Assembly: GCF_006345805.1 (NCBI RefSeq)
Contig: NC_042997.1
Span: forward strand, 155,248,001 to 155,312,000
Source: Octopus sinensis
Lineage: Eukaryota
Direction: 5' to 3'
Length of the DNA: 64,000 nucleotides
Shown here: positions 26,860 to 38,559 of the stretch, piece by piece
Layout of the letters: each line of letters starts with the position of its first letter
Numbering within the stretch: position 1 is the first letter of the stretch
The notes under the pieces: generated by a model
What the model was told of the DNA's origin: nothing
The model's database searches: none
What the model saw: only the letters and a program-made list of their open reading frames with translations
Program-made: the position numbers and the translations under genes

Positions 26860-27205
26860 TCATTTGAAGTTAATTATCTACAATAACACCATAAATCAAA
26901 TTATGAGTGATTTAACAACTAGAATTTCCAACATTGAGTGATTTCAGAAGTTGAACTAAAGTGAAGGGGAAAAAGAAAAGAATGACAATGGAAGACAGGG
27001 ATTGGGGCAATAGTGAAGAAGAGGAAAAATAGGAGAGCCAGATTTAGAGGTGTAAGGTGGAGGGATAGTAAAAGCAGTGTCTCTCTCTTACAGTGGTGCA
27101 TATCAATAGAGAGTTGCTAATGGTAGCTACATGTTTGGAAGTAAAAAAAAAAATGGTCAATAGTAAGACAATGTGACTGATTCTAGAGATAACAGCAGGT
27201 AGTAG

Positions 27206-27491
27206 CAGTGGCGGACTGGGTCTAAAAATATTGGTTGCCAGGAGACTAAGGGGCCCTACCCACAACTGCAATTCTATCATTTAATTATTATTATTATTTT
27301 TTTTTTTTTTTGTTAAAAGTATTTTTTTCAGCTGTCTACAAACACAGCCAGGCTGAAATGATTAATGCATTCTTCCAGAAGGGAATAAAAAATTCTCAAA
27401 CTTGAGGGGATGGGCCCCCATATATGGATTCTAATGGCGCAGAGGCCCACTTGCCATCGGGCAAGCTGACAACCTGGCCAGTCCGTCAATG
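27206..27491. mobile_element. hAT-type MITE
   Basis: TIR cagtggcggactgg / ccagtccgtcaatg; 8-bp TSD ggtagtag / ggtagcag. Confidence 0.8.
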
Positions 27492-28337
27492 GGTAGCAGT
27501 ATCAAAATTAGCTGGTAAGGGAGAGTGTAAGTAATAAGTAAGATGGTCATGAAATTCAAGTGACCTGAGATAGAGGGAGAGATGGTTAGTCGCACTAGTG
27601 GGTAAATGAGGAGGTGCTTAAGATACCAATATAATCAAAGCAATCCCTCACTATTCAGGGCATCTGGGTAACAGAAACTGTCTGTTACTTCTAGAAAACC
27701 AATTTCAATACAAAAATGAAAATACAAAAATACAGCAGTGTTCAGCAGCATTCTGACACTAACCATAAGGAAGTAGTAGGATATCAAATTTCTTTTAGTG
27801 GCCGTCAATACTATTCACCCATGGTTCAATCAGATATGCTGATGGCTTGAAATAGGTGACCTAGTTCTATAACTTTTTCTGTTTCTTTGGCATTTGGTTT
27901 GTTTCAGCTCTGAAGAATATAGTTTAGAGTGGTGGTTTCCTATATTTTCAGTCAATCAACTGATTGACAAAATTGAACCATGAACACACGAAAAGACGTA
28001 TCTGAGACAGCTACAAGAATACAATCAATAGATAAATGTATGTAATCCAATATTTATGTCTATTGGTGATTGATGATGATTTTACATTACCTGGAGTACA
28101 ATACCAATCACAAGACTTTTTTGTTAGTCTGATTTATTTTTATCTACAGAGAGTTCAAGAAGTATTTTACTTAGATTACTAATCCCTCTTTGTTTTGCTA
28201 TATATATATATATATATTCAAAAAGCAATAAAGATTCAAGTTAATTTAAATGAATTTACTTGAATATGGTACCTAACTTAGATGCACCAAAAAAAACTAT
28301 ACTGTTTTAACAATACAGTAATGTGGGGTGATTATAA

Positions 28338-29166
28338 GCGAGAAAGAAGCAACAAGAATGGATAGGTTTTTAGTACAATCGTTTCATACAAGGACAGGCT
28401 TTATTAAAAGTTGTAAAAATTACAGCATATAAACGTGTCCCGTACTCATCAGCTCCCTCCTCCTTTATTTTCTCTCTTTTCTTCTATTCCCTTCCCTTTC
28501 TATTCTTGGCCTCTCTAGAAAGCCCTTCAGCCTTTAAAAGTTAAATAGCTACAGCCTCTTGTAAATAGCAGTAATGTGATTAATGTGGCAAATACCTAAT
28601 CATATAACAAGTTTTGATACCTACCTCATTGTGTTCAACCATTGATAAATTTATCGCCTGTGAATATGAAATTCCTCTTCATTTCTCTGGAAACTTACAT
28701 CTACACCATTGGAAATTGTGCATCTATACAAAGGATTAATTCACCCTCTCTGTAATGCTAATAAGCAGGAATTGAGACCCACCTCGTTGTGATTAACAAT
28801 GGATAAATTTGTCTTCTGTGAGTATGTAATCCCTCATCATATCTCTGGAAATTCATATGTGCTCTATGGATTAGGTCACCTTCTCTGTGATGCTATTAGA
28901 ACTTTTTTAAAATTCTGTGATAAGACTGTACATCATCTTTAAAGAACTTTAATGAACTTTGGTAATCTGTTTATGTTACTTAATTATCTACATTACTTCA
29001 TGAGTATAGCCTCAACCACTAGGATGTCTAGAGAAGTCACATGTATTTTAGCTGATGAGTACGGGACACGTTTATATGCTGTAATTTTTACAACTTTTAA
29101 TAAAGCCTGTCCTTGTATGAAACGATTGTACTAAAAACCTATCCATTCTTGTTGCTTCTTTCTCGC
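28338..29166. repeat. 117-bp perfect inverted repeat (28338-28454 / 29050-29166) carrying the hammerhead core
   Basis: Base-by-base reverse complement found identical by eye over 117 nt; 595-nt spacer. Confidence 0.95.
29046..29136 (+). ncRNA. Type I hammerhead ribozyme (Penelope-like-element type)
   Basis: Helix I TTTTAG/CTAAAA; core CTGATGA; long helix II GTACGGGACA/TGTCCTTGTAT; GAAAC; loop GATT; GTA cleavage triplet (29128-29130). Confidence 0.8.
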
Positions 29167-29611
29167 GTATATATATATATATATATACGTGAGTGAGTTG
29201 TCTAAGAGACCTTAAGTCAGAGAAAAGATGCATTCATGTACCTGTCAATAGAGTGTGTATATCATCCAAATTATATAGTATTATATATCCATCGTGGCTG
29301 ATCTATACACACACACACACACACACATATACATATATATATGCATATTCTTTTATTTGTTTCAGTCATTTGACTGTGACCATGCTGGAGCACTGCCTTT
29401 AATCAAACAAATCGACCCCAGAACTTATTCTTTGCAAGCCTAGTACTTATTCTATAGTTCTCTTTTGCTGAATCACTAAGTTATGGGAACATAAGCACAC
29501 AAACATCGTTTGTCAAACAATGGTAGAATACGCTTGCCCAAGGTGCCCCGCAGTGGGACTGAACCTGGAACCACATGGTTGGGAAGTAAGCTTCTCATCA
29601 CAGCCACACCA

Positions 29612-29645
<34 letters not shown>

Positions 29646-30350
29646 TAGTTACACTGCCATCCACTTATATGAATATACATATATACACACACACACACAC
29701 ACATATACACACATATACAAATATACACACCGATACATATATGCATATACATGCGGACACCCATATATACTAACCTCTATAAGTATCGCATAGCCATTTA
29801 CGCAAATAAATAAATAGTGTGCCCAGGGGTAGACTAATGTAAGGTATAAAGAGGGTGGGGATAAAATGATTAAAAAAACCCAGATAGTTAAGGTAAGGGT
29901 CACGAAGCAGCAGTAATAAAAAGTTAAGAGGAACTATTTAAGAGGAGTTATATACATCTCCATATTCGAGATGGGATAGTGATTTTGTAAATAGTGGACT
30001 CCAAGCAGTAATAAAAACAACAAATGAGAGAAATATATGTTGATATAAGGAAAAAATAAAAATTAAAATAAACATTTTTTGAATAATGTCTAGGTCAGGT
30101 GAGAAAGGAAAAAATGAAAAACTTAATGGTAAGACTAATGTTATATCTGCAGTAAGTGTTTAACCTTCTGTGAGAGGGTGTGTGTGTAAATCTTAGATTA
30201 AGTCATGGTGAGGGTATGCTGTATAAGCTATATCAATTCCATTACATAAGTTGAAAATAAAGGTAGAGATAGAAATAAGAAATAGTAACAGCTAGAAAGT
30301 GCAGTACCTATGGGGAGAGGACCAAAAAATTTTTAATTAAAACTCATATT

Positions 30351-30394
<44 letters not shown>

Positions 30395-31679
30395 TCATCA
30401 TCATTGTTTAACAACTGCTTTCCATGCTAGCATGCGTTGGACGAATGACTGAGGTTTGGCGAATCAGATGGCTGCACCAGGCTTCAATCTTGATCTGGCA
30501 GAGTTTCTACAGCTGGATGCCCTTCCTAACGCCAACCACTCTGAGAGTGTAGTGGGTGCTTTTACGTGCCACCGGCATGGGGCTAGTCAGGCTGTACTGG
30601 CAACAACCTCGCTCAAATCTTTTACACATGCCACCGGCACAGGTGCCAGTAAGGCGATGCTGGTATATAATCAAAATAAGCAACAAGGATATCCAAAGGT
30701 AGTGTAGTACAATCGTTTTATGCTACTTCATTTAATTAAACAATGTAAGTATACATCAGTTTTAAAATGTAGAGCACTCTTCAGCCACATATGGAATATT
30801 TTTTTTAATTAACTTGAGAATGTTCATTTTTATACTTATTCCATTTGCAAACATTACAAAGAGGGTAGATATATAGACAGAGAGGTGAATTTCATCAGTA
30901 AGAACATGGTAGTAGAAGATTTTTCCTCATGGGCAGATTTTTTATCACTGAGTTCACTTTGTTATTTAGATTTACCAATGGGGAGGTGGTTTTTTTATTA
31001 AGTTCAGTGGAGACAAACAAGAATTTTTCTATTTATAGATAGTGGAAGGGGTAGTTCAAATGTCAGAGCTATAAATCCAACCCTTTTATGAGGAATTTGT
31101 AACCAGTGATATCACAACTTATTTCTACAGATAAGTGAACTGGAGCAATGTAAATTAAAGTGTCTTGCTCAAGAACACAACACACAGCCCAATCCAGGAA
31201 TCAAACTCACTACCTCATGATTGTAAGCCCAACACTCTAACCACTGAGCCATGTACAACATATATAAATGTTGCTGCAGATAGGAAATTATCAACAAATT
31301 CTTTACTAATGGATAGAAAGAAAATATCACTCAACAAAGGAAAAAAAATTATGCTGTTGCATTGGCTTTCTTTTATAGTCTACTCTTTTCTCCTGCCACA
31401 TAATGATTTTTTTTTTGTGCTTGTTTTTGATTATCAATTAGCAGAGCATGAAAGAATAACTAATTAGATAAAATTATGGAGATGTGACATATGTGTATCT
31501 GAAATGGAACAGACATAGTTAACACTTATTACATTGATTAGTATTGTGTATTCACAAAAACCTTACACATTTCTACTTTATACATTTATTCTATATTATG
31601 GATGGCCATGAGAAAGAAAGGAAATATTTGTTTTATAGATGCGGGCATGGCTATGTGGTAAGAAACTTGCTTCCCAACT

Positions 31680-31974
31680 CCCCTTCTTGAGCCACGCCTG
31701 GCTCATAAGGGCCGGTTTCACGGTTTTCTTGGCGTATAGGTTCCCCACCTGGACGGGACGCAGGTCCATCGCAGGTGAGCTGCAAGATGCAGGAGGAAAG
31801 AGTGAGAGAAAGTTGTGGTGAAAGAGTCAGCAGAAGTTCACCATCACCTTCTGCCGGAGCCACATGGAGCTTAGGTATTTCGCTCATAAACACACATATC
31901 GCCCAGTCTGAGATTCGAACCCGCGATCCCTCGACTGTGAGTCCGCTGCTCTAACCACTAGGCCATGTGCTTCC
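31680..31974 (-). mobile_element. tRNA-derived SINE inserted into a family B SINE
   Basis: A-box TGGCCTAGTGG, B-box GGTTCGAATCT; 15-bp TSD acttgcttcccaact (31665-31679 / 31975-31989). Confidence 0.9.
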
Positions 31975-32437
31975 ACTTGCTTCCCAACTACATAGTTCTT
32001 AGTTCAGTCCCACTGAGTGGCACCTTCGGCAAGTGTCTTCTACCATAGCTTGGGCCAACCAGAGCTTTGTGAGTGGATTTGGTAGATGGAAAGTCAGTCA
32101 TATGTGTGTGTATGCATGTGTCTTTGTGTGTATGTATTTGTCCCCCACTACTACTTGACAACTGCTGTTAGTGTGTTTGTGTGTCTGTAACAGCAGTTTA
32201 GCAAAACAGACCAACAGAATAAGTACTAGGCTTTAAAAAAAATAAATCAAGTACTGGGATCGATTCATTTAACTAAAAATTCTTGAAGGTGGTGTTCCAG
32301 CATGGTCACAGTCATGAAATATGTAAAAGGTAATATGTTTTCAGAAATAATTGAAGACATAGTAAGAATAAGGATCTTTCTTTTCCTTACTTGTTTCAGT
32401 CATTGAACTGTAGCCATGTTGGGGCACCATCTTAAAT

Positions 32438-33075
32438 GATGAATACCATGCTGCCCTAGACGGACCGGATGAGTGGAGTAAAGAATGGGTTGCAATTAGT
32501 GGAAATCATCCTCATCATTTGAGATGCTCACAAAAGGGAAGCGGCATCATGATTTGGGCTGGCATCATTGGAGACAAGTTGGGTGGTCCTTGAAAAGTTC
32601 CAGATGGAATTAAGATGACATCTAATGCCTATGTTGCCTTTTTGGAGGACGATTTTAAGCCATCGTTGAAGAAGCAGAAGGTTTCATTAAAGAGTTGTTG
32701 GTATTCATGCAAGATAATGTGCCCTCTCATGCAGCTAAGAAATCTCTGGAATACCTACAGCAATTAGGCTTCTCTGGACACCATTTGATGAAGTGGCCAG
32801 CATGTTCACCCAACTTGAACCCGATTGAAAATCTATGGAGTGTTCTGAAGAGGAAGATATATCAAGATGGATGGCAATTTTCAAAGAAAGATGCAATCTG
32901 GGAAGCTATTGTGGATGCTGCTGGGGAAGCTATTGTGGATGTTGCTGACAGTATTACACTAGATGAAATAGTTACCCTGACAAATTCAATGGATAAATAC
33001 CTCATAGACGTTCACTCATGTGGAGGATCATGCGAAAACTGTGAGCCGCCTAATGATTTGACATGCAGTGTATAA
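32438..33075 (+). pseudogene. Tc1-like DD37E (TRT-type) transposase catalytic fragment
   Basis: DE..A.LDGPDEW; GIMIWAGIIGD; QDNVPSH...WPACSPNLNPIENLW, with 37 residues between D and E. Confidence 0.88.
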
Positions 33076-33699
33076 ATATATGTTACAGGAGGTATCTTAG
33101 GAAATACCCATTATTTTAATGTGTCTTATCAATGAATGTTTTTTCAGTGGATGTTTTTACACTCAAAATTTTCATTCTCTCAATCACCTTAGATTTCATT
33201 AGACTATACTTCACTTAGAAATCTAATAATATTAAAATATATCTAGAGTAGTCATTGTTCTTGTCAAAGATCAGAATCACTCACCACTGCTATCCTCATT
33301 CAATTTTTACTTAATTTAAATTATGGAGTTGTCTCCCTTAGTATTTTTAACAAAAATTATCTTTAATATTAATGAATATTCCTTTCATTACAGGTGTAAT
33401 TTTAATTAATTGAAAATATCCAGAATGTCACTCTACTATGGTAGTTATGTAATTTCTTAAAATAATAATGATAATATTATTCTAAAAATGTACATAGTTA
33501 ACACACTCAGCTTCCGTATATGCCTAGTGATTAAAGTGTATCTTTCTCCTCTTCAAAGGGATAAAAGACAATCATGAGAGAAGTGTGATCACAGAAAATA
33601 CATAGCAACAAGATTAAATACTTGCTGAACTAGTAATAAAAAAATTTAATCTGGTCATACAACTTGCTAAATATAACATTAAATCTCCATGGATCACTT

Positions 33700-34290
33700 T
33701 CCTCCTCTCTTCCTTATACTCTCAGCTATTATGCCTACTTTCTCCAATCAATGTGTCTGTTTATTACCACAATATCTCTGTCTCTCTTATTCACTCATGT
33801 AACCAAGGATGGCATAACACTGAATCAGTTTATATTCAAATCATTCCTCTATTGCTAGCTATCACTCTTCCTATCTCTCCTATTATTCCCTCTCTTATCA
33901 CTCCTTATTGACATCTATCACCCCCATTCATTCACCATCACTCATTTCCATTACTGTCCATCACTCGCACTTACTTTATTCCCTATTCTATTAGCCATTG
34001 TTAGCATCCATCACTTACTCTCCCTCAGTTGTCGCTCTCTTTCTCTCTGATCACTCTCTCAGTCTCAGTACTTCCTCTTCTATCACCCTCATATCTCTTC
34101 TAACCTACTCTTTTCCCTATGATGATGCACTTGTTGTTTCTAATGAATCCACTAACAGCTATTATGTAACAATCATTCTCTCTTTCTTTTTTCAATCATT
34201 CTTATATTATTCTCTCACTCTGGTTCTCTTCTATCAATCTTACCTGTATCAACCTCACACTCTGATCCTCTTTCACCATCCCCTCTTTTC
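33700..34290 (+). pseudogene. Highly decayed APE-endonuclease region of a CR1/L2-type LINE
   Basis: Pyrimidine-rich stretch with relic motifs LLIDIYHP (IYRPP-like) and HTLIL (HTLDL-like). Confidence 0.35.
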
Positions 34291-34578
34291 TCTGATGAGA
34301 AAAGGTTCGCCCTCCTGTGCTGGTGAACAAACAAACAGAAACTATGAAGGGTAGTGAAGACAGCTTAGATCTGATGGAGACAAAACAATCATGCTGACAC
34401 TGGTGTGATGAAAAAGCACAGCAGTACACTTAGTAGAATGGTTGGTGATAGGAAGAGCTCCCAGTCATGCCAGAAATAGAGAGTATAATTTAGGAGTGCA
34501 GTAATTCTGAATAAGAGCTAATTTGGACTATGACAACCCATTCAACCTATGCTCATAGGGAAAAGCAGATATAAAAAC

Positions 34579-35590
34579 TGTTGTAATGTAATTTATTATG
34601 TACAATAAATAAGATAACCAGACAACAGTAAAAACAATGTAATGAACTAACAAATCTCTTTACGAACCAACAATCAATATTCCTAGTGAATTAACCTTGC
34701 GTCTTTACTATGAACTAACACGAACTTCACTCGACTCTGAACTCTGATTTCTTGAACTCACTCAGATCATTACTATTTATATTTTACTCAGACCAATCTA
34801 TCTCTCACAAAGGGGCATCGTAACTCTCATCACAACATCTTCCCTTTGAGATTTCAACTACTGTGAGGAAGTGGAATTTCTTTTATTTTTTTTTCTTTCC
34901 AGCATCATTCCCTCATTTTTTTACTTTCCATTGTACTAAGCACTCATGCCAGCATTCTTGTTTTTTGGAGGGTTTTGTTTTTTTTGTTTTCTTTTGACAA
35001 TTTAATATCTTTTTTTGTTTAGGTATTACTTCCAGATATTCAGCCTGTTTTCATTTTCTGAAGCTTGTTCTATGGGATTCAATATCTCTCAGTGCTGGAA
35101 CTTCAAACATATCATAGAAGGCGTCCATTGGTATTACTCTTCGTTCTTCTGAATGTCTCATCTTTAACTGTATTTTTTGTCTTTCCTTTATATGTAATTT
35201 TTCCAGGCAATAATTCATTGAAGACCGATTTCATTTTACACACAAACATTAACTCTGCTGGTGATTTTCCTAAATTAGTATTTGGATTTGGCGTTATTCT
35301 ATATACTCTCAAAAATTTTGTTAGTGCACGTCATCATCCAGCTTGTTCCTAGCTTTTCTTAGAGCTCTTTTGAATGTGTCAACAAATCTTTCTGCCCGCC
35401 CATTTGATCTTGGGTGGTAGAACAGAGTGTGCTCTATGGCATGTATTTTGCAGAAATTTCTTAAGGGTCTTTGTGGTTTTCATTACTGTTTACAATTTTG
35501 TTCCAATTGTTTTCAAATCTGGAATATGGATTAAGTTTTGCACACTAATTATGAAAATGAAATTTATTTTTCTTATCAATCCATAATTAA
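34579..35590 (-). mobile_element. Gypsy 3' fragment: integrase C-terminus, polypurine tract and 3' LTR (34579-34837)
   Basis: RVYRITPNPN...KSPAELMF. LTR ends TGTTGT...ACAACA, immediately preceded on the minus strand by the purine tract aaagggaaga. Confidence 0.85.
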
Positions 35591-36784
35591 AAAGTTATTA
35601 GCCTTTAAAATTTGCAAAATTTGGGTATTTTAGTCAATCAGAAGCGAGTATTTTAGACACCACCATGATGAAGAAGTCTGTTTCTATAGTAACCAAAGCA
35701 AAGAAGCACCACATGTTCCATAGCTGATTGCGAAGAACTCTGTTTCTATAGTAACCAAAGATGATGTGCATGCACACGATGAGTATAACCACCACTTGTT
35801 CTATAATTGTTTGTTTTCATAACAGATGGGACTCACACTCAACAAATTGAAAGCACCTAGGTATGGCTGACTCTTATCTTTGTGAATTTATGTGGAGAAG
35901 GAGATACGAGAAAGATAATCTATTTTATAAAATCCTAGAGTGTTTTGCAAACTTCCGTTCTTGAATTATTTTTAACTAATAAATGTCTGTTTTAAACAAT
36001 GTTTTGAATATTATTTCTAGCAACTGCTGTTAGCTTGTTTGTAGCTTTTAAATATTTAATTTGCTCACGAATATTTTAATATTAACTTTGCTCGTGTATA
36101 TTTTAATATTTCGACTGTTATTTCTAGCAACTCCTGTTGGTTTGTTTGTTCGTACCTTTTAAATATTTAATTTGCTCGCATAGCTAGTTTAATGTTTTTA
36201 CATGCCGATGCCCCCAACCCCCACTCAACCAATGATGGAAAAGGCAGAGAACATGCTGTTTTCTGATTGGCTGAAAATTATCAAACCTTGAACACCTGTA
36301 GCATGTTTGTAAAATTTTTCTGGAATACACGAATAACAAATTCAAATTCAGCATCAAAAACTACATCTATGATACATTAAAAAATTTTTTTGAAGATATT
36401 TTTAAACAGTGACGAAAACCACAAAGATCCTTTCTTAATTCATATCTCATGACTTGTGTTCCATTATCAGAAACTAATGTGTCTGGAACACTGTATCAAG
36501 CAAATAACTTGAGTAGAAGCCTGTCGTATATATGTATATATATGTGTGTGTTTGTGTGTCTGTGTTTGAACTCAGCAACATCGCTTGACGACCGATGCTG
36601 GTGTGTTTACGTCCTCCGTAACCTAGCAGTTCGGCAAAAGGGACCGATAGAATAAGTACTAAGCTTACAAAGAATAAATCCAGGGGTCGATTTGCTAGAC
36701 TAAAGGTGGTGCTCCAGCATGGCCACAGTCAAATGACTGAACAACTAAAAGAGTGAAAAGAGAGAGAGGTTCATTCCACAACAT

Positions 36785-37000
36785 ACATGTGTGTATATAT
36801 ATATATATATATAAAGTTAATCCAAGCATGAAAACACAACAACACGAGGACATGGAAAAAGTATAGTATTATTCGACGCTCAGGAAAGAAGGAAGGTTTA
36901 ACATTTTGAGCGGAGCTCTTCGTCAGAAACAGGAAAAGGAAAGATCCAAAGAAGGGAAGACAGAGGAAAAAAATTGCCAACGGTACACACGCGGTCATGT
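36785..37000 (-). mobile_element. Related short element with decayed minimal hammerhead (36896-36930)
   Basis: Minus strand GTTT-CTGACGA-AGAGC TCC GCTC-AAAAT-GTT-AAAC. Shares gctcaggaaa with the element at 1268-1460. Confidence 0.55.
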
Positions 37001-37029
37001 GTGTGTGTATAGTATATATATTCCATATA

Positions 37030-37120
<91 letters not shown>

Positions 37121-37273
37121 TGTAGGTATATATCTATCTATATATATATGCATACATGAGTCATCTAAGAAACCATAAGTCAAGGAAAAGATGCACTCAT
37201 ATATCTGTCAGTAGATTGGGTTTATTATTCGAAATGTATAGTATTAAATATACATCACAGTTGATATTACCAA

Positions 37274-37650
37274 TAGTTTCACGTAAAGAATACAATGGAG
37301 TGTTAGGTAATAAACCTATTATAGAACTTTATGCTCATCAGAGTTAGCCAATATGAAAGGGAATACAGTGACTGCTCTCTATTGTTGGAGGTGGATTAGC
37401 ACAACCTGTCAGCAGCTGCTGTGAAAAAGAGCCAGGGGGATTAGTTTAGGAATTATTTCCCTTGGTTGAGTATGCTATGAAGCCAGCAAGAGTTATCTTG
37501 AAGTGGGGAAAATGTGTATTATCAATATGGTGTTCCTGTTGTGATGCGGTGTGTGGTATGTGTAGTGGTGTCATATGTATGATTTTTTCCGGGGGTGTAG
37601 GTATATATAGCTGTGTTCATTGGCCTGTTTTCTTTCTGTAAAGGATAAAG
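37274..37650 (-). mobile_element. Probable Penelope-like terminal fragment with truncated hammerhead (37274-37347)
   Basis: Minus strand ctaact-CTGATGA-gcataaag...ctttacgt-GAAAC. The 3' strand of helix I is replaced by another repeat. Confidence 0.45.
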
Positions 37651-38559
37651 TCATGAAAGGTTGTTTTTTTTATGTATAAATGTATGTACATGTGTATGCA
37701 TCTGTGTGTGTTTGTATGTATGTACATTATGAAATCAACTTTTGCTTCTGTGACACTGTCTAATCTCTCAAATACCATCACTCAGGGTTTTGTCACATAT
37801 CTTTTTGATCACTCATCTGTGTGCGTGTGTATGTGACATGCATGCACACACACACACAAATACACATATTTGTGATACAGTGTGTATTAGAAAAGCTAAG
37901 AAAATCTAAAAATAGTTAAACTGCAAATATTAAGCTTTTTGCTGTGAAGCCTTTTATTCTTTTTGCATACACAGAAAACAAAGGGACCTGTTCCTACAAT
38001 TTCATAAGTAGATCATTCATCAAAGAATAAATAAGTATCCTTCATTCTTATCCCCAGGAAGAGAATTTACAGTAAGAAGTTATATAAATTAAATACAAAC
38101 TAGAACTTAGCTTCCATGTCTGAGCTAATTTGCATGGTGCCTGTTAATTAGTGGCGTGATTAAATAGTTAATAAGTTGCTACAAGTTCTCTTCTTGGCAG
38201 AGGCAGAATGAGGTAGTAGTCCTCTGATAAGTGGTCAACAAAACAGTGAAATATGTGTGTAGAGAGACAGACAGTATGAGAAGTTCATAGAAATAAATAT
38301 CCATATGATTATTTACATGTATCAATACAGGCATACCGTTGGGTTTTGTTTCCTCATAACTTCCAGAAAAATTAATGATTTTTGATTAAATTTTCTACAA
38401 ATACGCTTCAGCTGGTGTAGATTACAGCTCTATCAGAATTTGAGGTGAAAAATATTTTCCGAGTGTGAGAACAGTTTTGGAAAATTCACACAGTGATGAG
38501 TGTCAGCAAACGTGTGTGCTCACCAGTTTTTTTTTTCTTTTTTTATCATTAAATTCTGA

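Noticed and set aside
31900-31974. tRNA gene
   Set aside because: A and B boxes are present but followed by a SINE body and flanked by a TSD; no complete acceptor stem. The same applies to the other SINE heads.
34273-34335. CTGATGAG ... GAAAC motif
   Set aside because: No helix II or helix I complementarity.
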